Source of the DNA: Planctomycetota bacterium
GTDB taxonomy: Bacteria; Planctomycetota; UBA8108; SXIK01
Assembly: GCA_965223845.1 (NCBI GenBank)
Contig: CBDCXR010000004.1
Coordinates: forward strand, 5,696,001-5,760,000
DNA: 64,000 nucleotides
Direction: 5' to 3'
How positions within the stretch are numbered: the stretch's first letter is position 1; every line of letters starts with the position of its first letter. Below, in pieces: positions 57,601-64,000 of this stretch. The notes beneath the pieces are model-generated. The model made no database searches and was not told the DNA's origin. It worked only from the letters and a program-made list of their open reading frames with translations. The position numbers and the translations under genes are program-made.

Positions 57601-57892
57601 CGGCGACGAACGTATCCTCGATTTCGTAGTACGTCCGCACCGAGACGTCCTCGTCTCCGAACCAGACGTCCATGCTCGGGTCGAACGCGAGCGGCTTCAC
57701 GGCCGCCGTTCCGTTCGATGTGTCCTCGAGACTTGCGACCGCGGCGGAAAAGCGCGCCACGCGTCCGGCGCCGATGACGAAGGGCACGGCGACGAGCGCG
57801 ACCACGACGAGCGACAGCCACCACCTCGAGCGGTAGATCCATTCCGCCCAGCCCCGTCCGCCCGCGTGTCCATTCCTCGACGCACTGTTCAT
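54689..57892 (-). CDS. MMPL/RND family transporter
   Basis: Two TM bundles with AVGIADAIHL and ALGVCVDDTIHF, TSVTTAVGF, large periplasmic loops. Confidence 0.9.
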   Translation of the reverse strand: MNSASRNGHAGGRGWAEWIYRSRWWLSLVVVALVAVPFVIGAGRVARFSAAVASLEDTSNGTAAVKPLAFDPSMDVWFGDEDVSVRTYYEIEDTFVAEDFVMVTFEEKDSELGVFSRSALAATARLTERFLTVPGVRHVRSLTYNPWIRWGTIADEESSEEGLIISDLVEGDPTELTDRDLVERMIAVLGAERAIARVGEERVREVIGDADLSDFIGEPRLVGTIVNSAGTTTAIQVQVLRPRLDETVTEANFDDPDERRSAPILHSVEKQRAALRGIEHFLRVEKGLAVPTPERVHLVEWIESLPAGEERRARRLELDDPRRNFMRDGGGVLRRKFFEYDPSPKGGFVDRSEPSSVVSAPGDFRPEPLSPYAFRLGGVPLFERNFEIVGLADAKYVPLMFLVIIVVLAFVFRSVAGVGFPLIVVFGSIVGMIGFALARGDLLNNLTIMSPNMLTAVGIADAIHLIAAWVILRGKYDDKRELMIEVVRRNALPVFLTSVTTAVGFYSLTLSGLEPVRMLGSMAALGTLLAWALSMTVVPALLSLVPHSGARRKRGKRLLVTTLFSEACSGRIVDFIVERRRGVVAVAAALFVVSVAGLLRVEIDSDFRNMFPDDNPTMSDFNWIEDRMGGVGDLEIVFRGRGESAVELTADEESRLAELALREAGAAAQPNEFAALSSGEAAELSALRDKRAAWNAPRIGISPAFLDSLDRFEARLREEMADPASPLAVLSDLVGPLDILRKIHQVQNENRADAYRVPREADVAGESRAPQLNFDEWTEEWSLTPAQSGSSLVAQYYLQYENGARPGENLTTQLSADRTQVRVQGRVAQASSVAHLRAFRRIEEIARTEFPELAASVAEAGTSSASGPALSDFTISGKTLLFARTSDLFARGFVKSMGAALLVITVLIGFIYRSARFALISLIPNVLPIILPLGVLGLAGIPLDGPAVFAASVALGVCVDDTIHFFTKYDRGRKGGLGARDALVRVFTEAGTAMSVTTIVLIIGFATLLLSDFAPNFQMGALAGVMIGFAWIADFVITGAVLSFDDREAAPRARIDMPAEVGKAGVR

Positions 57893-57923
57893 GGCTCGAT
57901 CTCACTCAGATACTAGCAAACGA

Positions 57924-57946
57924 ATTAGGAACCAAACGGTCCATAA
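57924..57946. promoter_or_regulatory. Putative TetR operator upstream of the MMPL operon
   Basis: attaggaaccaaacggtccataa matches the site at 58624-58646 at 20 of 23 positions. Confidence 0.75.
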
Positions 57947-57960
57947 TGGGCCAAAAAAAC

Positions 57961-58554
57961 TCACGCGGCCTCCTCCGTGAGCGTCGAGAGTCCCAGCGCG
58001 ACGAGCCGCTCCGTGCGCGCACGCGGGGGCGAGCTCTTCGACGCCGCGACGAGCCCAGCTCCGTAGACCACGACGAATTCCGCGAGCTCACTCGCCGGAC
58101 GATCGGTGCGGAACTCGCCGAGCTCCTGCCCGAGCGCGATCGTCTCGGCAAAGACTCTCGCAACACGCTGAAACTGCCGCCTGAGGAGCCCGCCGATCTC
58201 GTCGTCGTGCGGACCGAGCTCCACGAGAGTATTGAGCGCAAAACACCCGCGGCAAATCTCCTGCTCGTGACAGAGGCCCACGACCGCACGAAACCACCCT
58301 CGGATCGCTTCGAGGGGCGAGTTCACCGCCCCGAGAAGCTCGCGAAACTGGCCGAGGTTCTGGTCCATGTACCGCGTGAGAACTTGAACGAAGAGGCTCC
58401 GCTTGTCACCGAACGCTTTGTAGAGGCTGCCCTTCTGAAGACCCGTCGCCGCGATGAGATCGGCGATCGATGTGGCCTCGTAACCCCGGTCCCAAAACGC
58501 CTGAGTTGCGGCGTCGAGGGCTTCGTCGAGATCGAACTCGCGCGGGCGGGCCAT
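57961..58554 (-). CDS. TetR/AcrR family regulator (NemR/ComR-like)
   Basis: MARPREFD, FWDRGYEATSIADL, GLQKGSLYKAFGDK, GCFALN, GQELGEF. True start is ATG at 58554. Confidence 0.92.
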   Translation of the reverse strand: MARPREFDLDEALDAATQAFWDRGYEATSIADLIAATGLQKGSLYKAFGDKRSLFVQVLTRYMDQNLGQFRELLGAVNSPLEAIRGWFRAVVGLCHEQEICRGCFALNTLVELGPHDDEIGGLLRRQFQRVARVFAETIALGQELGEFRTDRPASELAEFVVVYGAGLVAASKSSPPRARTERLVALGLSTLTEEAA

Positions 58555-58623
58555 GTCGTGAGGATCCTTCTTCGTACGGAACTTGAAACGCTTTGCCGTA
58601 ACGCTCGTCTTGGAAGAGTAGCG

Positions 58624-58646
58624 ATTAGGAACCGATCGGTCCACAA
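58624..58646. promoter_or_regulatory. Putative TetR autoregulatory operator
   Basis: attaggaaccgatcggtccacaa with perfect palindrome ACCGATCGGT. Overlaps a minus-strand TGGACC-N17-TACTCT promoter-like spacing. Confidence 0.75.
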
Positions 58647-58863
58647 CTAAATCGAAAAAGCGCCCCGGCGATCTGCCAGACCGGCAGAAGACCGCCGGAG
58701 CGGCAGGTTGAGGACGACGCGGGAACTGAGCTAAAGCCTTTTTTCGTCGGGAATTAAACCCCTTCCCGCGCGATTGGCACCGCGTGTGCAACTCAGAACC
58801 GTTACCAGATTCCTCTGGCCCCCGTTTTCCGTTCGCCGCGCCGAACATCGGAAGGAAAGCATC

Positions 58864-61242
58864 ATGGAACAGCACGACCCCGCCCCGCTCGGCAATGAAT
58901 CTCATTCTCAGCTCACGCTTCCTCTCCTCCCCTTGAAGGGCGGGGTGATGCTCCCGGGGACGACCCAGACGTTCACCGTCGGCCGCCCCATCTCGCTCGC
59001 CGCCATCGAGAGCGCGACGCAGAGCGAAGAAGGCGAGGTCTTCGTCGTCGCTCAGCGCGATTCGACCGTCGAGGAGCCGCGCGCGGGAGACCTCTATACC
59101 GTCGGCACGCGGGCGACCGTCCGGCGGTCGACGCGACTTCCAAACGGCCTCGCCCAAGTGCGGCTTCGCGGGCTCGATCGCGCCGTTCTCCTCAAGCTCG
59201 AATCGACCGAACCGTTCCTCGCGGCTCGCGTGCGCGTACAGCCGATTGCGCAGGAAGGCGGCACTGAGGTCGAAGCCCTCCTCGGCGAGATTCGTCGCGT
59301 CGTCGCTAGCATTCTCGAGGTGACGGGAGAGCGCTCGCCCGCGAATCTCGATCGCGCCCTGAGCGACAAGAACAACCCTATCGACATCGCCTACGCACTC
59401 GCGTCCATCCTCGGACTCGAGCCGGAAAAGGAGCAGGAAATCCTCGCTGCGACCGCGGAGAAGGAAGCGCTCTCGACGCTTCATGCGCACCTCGCGCACG
59501 AGCTGCGCGTCCTCGAGGTCCGAAGCAACATCGCGAGCCGAGCGCAAGGCGAGATCAGCCGCGAGCAACGGGAGTACGTTCTTCGCCAGCAGCTCCGCGC
59601 GATCCAGGAGGAGCTCGGAGAGGGCGGCGGCTCCGGCGATGTCGCGAAGCTCCGCGCTCGTCTCGACGAGCTCGAGCTTCCGGAGGAAGCGCGCGGAGAG
59701 GTCGAACGCGAGCTGGGCCGCCTCGAGTCGATTCCCGACGCCTCCCCCGAGTCCGGAATCCTTCGTACGTGGGTCGAGTTCGTCCTCGACCTTCCGTGGC
59801 AGGCAGAGAAGGAGAGCGAGCTCGACTTGGCCCGTGCCAAGGCGGTCCTCGACGAGGATCACTTCGGACTCGACGAGGTCAAGGAGCGCATCCTCGAGCA
59901 CCTCGCCGTCCTCAAGCTGAACGCTTCGGCGAAAGCGCCGATCCTCTGCTTCGTCGGTCCCCCCGGTGTCGGCAAGACGTCGCTCGGCCAGTCCGTCGCG
60001 CGCGCGATGAGCCGCGAGTTCACTCGTCTCAGCCTCGGAGGGCTCCACGACGAAGCGGAGCTCCGCGGTCACCGCCGAACGTACATCGGCGCGATGCCCG
60101 GACGCATCCTCCAGGCACTCCGCCGCGCGAAGGTAAAGAACCCGATCGTGATGCTGGACGAAGTCGACAAGCTCGGTCGAGATTTCCGCGGCGATCCCGC
60201 GGCGGCTCTTCTCGAAGTGCTCGACCCCGAACAGAACTGCGAGTTCCGCGACAACTACCTCGATCTTCCGTTCGATCTCTCGAAGGTTCTCTTCATCACG
60301 ACCGCGAACTCGCTCGATACGATTCCGGGCCCGCTTCTCGATCGACTCGAGGTGATCCGGCTCACGGGCTACAGCGAGGAGGAGAAGGTCGAGATCGCCG
60401 AGCGCTATCTCATTCCGCGCGAGATCGCAGAGTCCGGTCTCGACTCGACGCAGTGCGAAATCGCGGCGAGCGCCGTGCGCCGCCTCATCGCCGGCTACAC
60501 GCGCGAAGGCGGCGTCCGCGAGCTTCAGCGAACGCTCGGGAAGCTCATTCGAAAGATCGCCCTCCGCGTCGCTCGTGGAGAGGAAGCGTCGGCATCGATC
60601 AGTGAAGACGATGTCGCCGAACTCCTCGGTCCCGAACGCTTCTTCCTCGATCGCGCGCGGAAGGATTTGCCGCCGGGTGTCGCCGTCGGGCTCGCGTGGA
60701 CTCCGACCGGCGGTGAGGTCCTTCACGTCGAGGCGACGCTGCTTCCCGAAACGGAGGGGCTCACGATCACCGGTCAGCTCGGCGACGTGATGCAGGAGTC
60801 GGTGAAGACGGCACGAAGCTACATCTGGTCGAACGCCGATCGACTCGGCATCGATCCCCGGCGGTTTAGGAAGGCGGGGCTGCACCTTCACGTTCCCGCC
60901 GGCGCGATTCCGAAGGACGGACCGTCGGCAGGAATCACGCTCGCCACCGCGCTCACGTCCCTCTACACGAAGCGTCCCGTTCGTCCGGACACGGCGATGA
61001 CAGGGGAAATTACGCTCACCGGACTCGTGCTCCCGGTCGGGGGCGTAAAGGAGAAGGTGCTCGCGGCGCGGCGTGCGGGGAAGACGCGCGTGATTCTCTC
61101 TCGCGAAAACGAGAAGGACCTCCGCGACTTGCCGGACTACGTGCGCCGGGACGTCGAGTTCGTCTTAGTGGATCGGGTGGACGACGTGTTCCGGGAGGTT
61201 TTGCTTCCCGGGCGCGAGTCTTCGGCTCCGGTGGCGGTTTGA
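58864..61242 (+). CDS. lon: ATP-dependent protease La
   Basis: [71 protein letters not shown]. Confidence 0.97.
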   Translation: MEQHDPAPLGNESHSQLTLPLLPLKGGVMLPGTTQTFTVGRPISLAAIESATQSEEGEVFVVAQRDSTVEEPRAGDLYTVGTRATVRRSTRLPNGLAQVRLRGLDRAVLLKLESTEPFLAARVRVQPIAQEGGTEVEALLGEIRRVVASILEVTGERSPANLDRALSDKNNPIDIAYALASILGLEPEKEQEILAATAEKEALSTLHAHLAHELRVLEVRSNIASRAQGEISREQREYVLRQQLRAIQEELGEGGGSGDVAKLRARLDELELPEEARGEVERELGRLESIPDASPESGILRTWVEFVLDLPWQAEKESELDLARAKAVLDEDHFGLDEVKERILEHLAVLKLNASAKAPILCFVGPPGVGKTSLGQSVARAMSREFTRLSLGGLHDEAELRGHRRTYIGAMPGRILQALRRAKVKNPIVMLDEVDKLGRDFRGDPAAALLEVLDPEQNCEFRDNYLDLPFDLSKVLFITTANSLDTIPGPLLDRLEVIRLTGYSEEEKVEIAERYLIPREIAESGLDSTQCEIAASAVRRLIAGYTREGGVRELQRTLGKLIRKIALRVARGEEASASISEDDVAELLGPERFFLDRARKDLPPGVAVGLAWTPTGGEVLHVEATLLPETEGLTITGQLGDVMQESVKTARSYIWSNADRLGIDPRRFRKAGLHLHVPAGAIPKDGPSAGITLATALTSLYTKRPVRPDTAMTGEITLTGLVLPVGGVKEKVLAARRAGKTRVILSRENEKDLRDLPDYVRRDVEFVLVDRVDDVFREVLLPGRESSAPVAV

Positions 61243-61305
61243 TGATTGTGCGGCTCAGCCGGTCTAGAGAAGAGTTAACATGTGCGACAGTTCGACCGAG
61301 CGACT

Positions 61306-63801
61306 CTAGCCCCCGACGTGCTTGAGCCTCACCCCGACGCCCCCCGCCCCTGAGTTTCGCACTTGGTCGACCGCGTAGTAAGCGGCAGGAAGGTCCGTCG
61401 CCCGCCGCCACTGGATGAACTCGAGGTCATCGACCACCAGCACCGAGTCGTTCTCTGAAGGCGGCGTGAGACCGAGATAGAACATTGCCATATTCGGCTC
61501 GAGGTCGCCCGTGCTCGCGAAGAGCGCCGCAGGAAGATCGAGCTCGACTCGATGCCATTCGCCGTCGTTCTCGATATCGAGCGGGTAGTCGACCGAGCGG
61601 ACGAGCCGCGATTCCGGATCGGCCGTTGGGTCGGTGTCGTCGAAGTCGTAGATGTCGAAGCGCACGTGCGGTGACCCACCGCCGTTCAGTCGTGCGGTGA
61701 GAAAGAGCGAGTAGCTCGGCTCGCCGTCGACCGGGTCGATGCTCGTCGCGCCTTCCTCGAATAGATCGTGACGCCGAAACGGTGTCCGAGCGACGGGCCG
61801 GACGAGGGTCCTCTGCGAGTTCGTCTCCGAACGACGCAGTCGGAGCGCCCGCACACCGGACGGTGCGCCCGACGGGATGACTTCGATCCGTTTGTGAGAC
61901 GCATCGGCCTTCCAGTAGTGACCACCTTCGGGCTCGCCGTCGGCGGAAAGATCTTCGAAGCTCCCCCAGCCGAAGAGATCCCGACCGAACTCGATGTCCG
62001 TAAGATCTCCTCCGTCTGCCGCGCGGGCGTGAGTCAGCTTCGTCCCATCGATCGCCGCGACCTCACCGGCGCCCAGTGCGAGATCGGCCGTCGTCGGCGG
62101 ACGGGGCGCATCCCCGATGCGTCCGCTGCCACGCTCCCAGACGAAGTCCGCAGGGACGACTCCGAGAGGTGGATCGCGAAGAACCTTGACCACCTCGCCG
62201 TCGAGCCGCTCGGAGCGAACGGGAAGAACGGAGCCCGCGTGAATCGTCCGAATGATCCGCTCGGCGGCCTTTCCGCCGATCGGGACGGGGCGGTACCGAT
62301 CGATCGCGACGGGAAGACAACGCGCTTCGAGGATGTCGGTCTCTTCGAAAACCACGCGAAGAACGACCGTCGGAAACGTCGCGAGAAAATCCTGGTCGAA
62401 GATGAGGTTCCCGAGGCTGTAGGCGATGAGGCTCCCGTCGTACCACTCGAATCCTTGGAGTACATGAGGATGGTGGCAAACGACGAGGTCGGCGCCCGCT
62501 TCGATTGCGCGGTGAGAAGCCTTCTCGGTCAGCTCCGACTTTACCTCGAAGAACTGAAAACCGGTGTGGAGCTGAACGACGACGAGATCGCAGCCGCTCG
62601 CGCGAAGAGCCGCGATGTCCGCCTCGACTTGATCCTTGTCGTAGGGATTCGCGCCGCCGTGCCCCCTTCGCGCGACCCAGTCCTGCATCTCGGGGTACAC
62701 CGTCTCGACAGCGGTCCAGTAATCGGCGATCTCGCCCGCGGTCGGGATCGCCTTCTCGGCAGTCTTGAAGAGCTGCCACACATCGCCGATGCGCCGGTCC
62801 TCGCGCGGAACGCTCACGGTCGGCCCCGAGAACTCGAAGGAGCGAAGCTCGTACTGCCACTCCTCGGACGCGGGCAGGTCCGGCGGCACGACGACGCTCG
62901 GCCCCGACGGCAGACGATCGTTCACGAAATCTCCGTTCACGCTCGTGTAGGAGAGAAAACCGACGCGGTAGCCCCCCGCCGCGTGATCGACGAACTCGAC
63001 CGCCCGCGCGTCGTCGATGTCGATCCCTCCGCCGACGTACGGAAGTCCCGCGAGCGCGAGGGCATCGACGGTCGACTCGACGCCGACGTCCAGCCAATCG
63101 CGCGTGTGGTTGTTTCCGAGCGTCACGATGTCGATCCCGAGCTCGTCGAGTAGGTCGAGAACCTCGGGGGGAGACTGAAGGAGGAAACGCTTCTTCGGAT
63201 ACGCACTCGCCATCGAAAGCGTACCGACGACCGTTTCGAGATTGATCGAGCGTACGTCCGAGGCGAGGAAAAGCGGAGAGAGCGCGGAGACGACCGCGCG
63301 CGCCGAGACTCCTCCGTCGCCGGTGATGACGATCGCGGTGTCGCCGCGCGTGGGCTCGAGGTAGCGGCGGCCGAGCATCGCGTCACCGCCGAAGTGAAGA
63401 ACTAGGCGCCGCTCACCACCCGGACCGAGCTCCGCGAGGAGCGGAACCGGGATCGACGTCCCCGCCGCCGAACGATCGACGACGACCGGCTCGGGAAGAA
63501 AGCCCGGCGCGCGGACGACGAGGAGTGTCGGCTGGACCAGCTCCAGGAGCTCGATCTCCCCGGCAGGGGACGCGTCGGCAACCGCGCCGCCCGGAAGCTC
63601 GACGCTCGCGGTACCAACGGGAGAGCCGATCTCATCTACGATCGAGAGCGTCACCGCGTACGCCGGTACCGCCGCGACGGGCGGATCGGCGGGATCGGAA
63701 CTCGACCGCGTTCCACAGCCCGCTACCAAGATCGCCCCGAGCGCGAGCGCGGCCATCGGGCCGCTCCAGTTTCCCTCGATCGACACTTTCGGACGCTCCA
63801 T
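61306..63801 (-). CDS. CapA family (PGA synthesis/metallophosphatase) lipoprotein with extra domains
   Basis: Lipobox VAGC. FGGDAMLGR, INLET, LGNNHTRD, VQLHTG, HHPHVLQG, YSLGNLIFDQ. Confidence 0.88.
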   Translation of the reverse strand: MERPKVSIEGNWSGPMAALALGAILVAGCGTRSSSDPADPPVAAVPAYAVTLSIVDEIGSPVGTASVELPGGAVADASPAGEIELLELVQPTLLVVRAPGFLPEPVVVDRSAAGTSIPVPLLAELGPGGERRLVLHFGGDAMLGRRYLEPTRGDTAIVITGDGGVSARAVVSALSPLFLASDVRSINLETVVGTLSMASAYPKKRFLLQSPPEVLDLLDELGIDIVTLGNNHTRDWLDVGVESTVDALALAGLPYVGGGIDIDDARAVEFVDHAAGGYRVGFLSYTSVNGDFVNDRLPSGPSVVVPPDLPASEEWQYELRSFEFSGPTVSVPREDRRIGDVWQLFKTAEKAIPTAGEIADYWTAVETVYPEMQDWVARRGHGGANPYDKDQVEADIAALRASGCDLVVVQLHTGFQFFEVKSELTEKASHRAIEAGADLVVCHHPHVLQGFEWYDGSLIAYSLGNLIFDQDFLATFPTVVLRVVFEETDILEARCLPVAIDRYRPVPIGGKAAERIIRTIHAGSVLPVRSERLDGEVVKVLRDPPLGVVPADFVWERGSGRIGDAPRPPTTADLALGAGEVAAIDGTKLTHARAADGGDLTDIEFGRDLFGWGSFEDLSADGEPEGGHYWKADASHKRIEVIPSGAPSGVRALRLRRSETNSQRTLVRPVARTPFRRHDLFEEGATSIDPVDGEPSYSLFLTARLNGGGSPHVRFDIYDFDDTDPTADPESRLVRSVDYPLDIENDGEWHRVELDLPAALFASTGDLEPNMAMFYLGLTPPSENDSVLVVDDLEFIQWRRATDLPAAYYAVDQVRNSGAGGVGVRLKHVGG

Positions 63802-64000
63802 CGTCCGAAGGCTACGATGCTCGGCGTCGATCTGTCGAACGACCCCTCGCGCGCAGAGGTTCGGGCGAAGTCTCGCCGCTCCCCCGAGAGGTCACTGCCC
63901 GCGGATGGCGTCGATCGGCTGCTTTTGCACGGCGCGGTACGCCGGAAGAAAACTCGCGGCGAGGCCGATGAGAACGGTCGGGACAATAATGAGCACGATG

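Noticed and set aside
57961-60891. 976-aa minus-strand ORF suggesting a giant TetR fusion
   Set aside because: Most of it is the antisense shadow of lon. Only 57961-58554 has TetR motifs, with its own ATG and upstream operator.
1-64000. Numerous long Arg/Ser/Pro-rich overlapping ORFs; rRNA, tRNA, transposase or prophage genes
   Set aside because: The overlapping ORFs are typical high-GC shadow frames without motifs. No RNA genes or mobility genes were recognised.

Overview
GC-rich bacterial DNA, probably Planctomycetota (inferred from dockerin-like 'RGDxNxDG..NISD' C-terminal domains, an ECF sigma factor/Ser-Thr kinase pair, a sulfatase and ASPIC/FG-GAP proteins). Most of the window is housekeeping or envelope genes: GH57, maltokinase, lhgO, SDR, purF, amidase, rmlB/A/C, glycosyltransferases, sulfotransferase, a TetR-MMPL-barrel-LolA-like module, lon and capA. 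The standout is a translationally coupled three-gene operon at 17865-22365. It encodes (i) a 315-aa protein with 41 Cys, 40 of them in a C-x-x-x-[S/T] register, ending in a helical tail, (ii) a stand-alone HopA1/OspF-like lyase and (iii) a Ser/Thr kinase-LanC cyclase fusion with a CCG zinc motif. Together these look like an unusual split lanthipeptide synthetase acting on a giant, possibly ~40-ring precursor with Cys placed N-terminal to Ser/Thr. Other notable items: two long-arm intergenic hairpin elements with covarying arms, a XendoU-LTD plus ComEC-like nuclease pair, a PHP-STAS gene in the usual rmlD slot, a non-canonical sulfatase-glycosyltransferase fusion, and a duplicated TetR operator. 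No rRNA, tRNA, CRISPR array or transposase was recognised. All family calls come from motif recognition by eye, not database searches.
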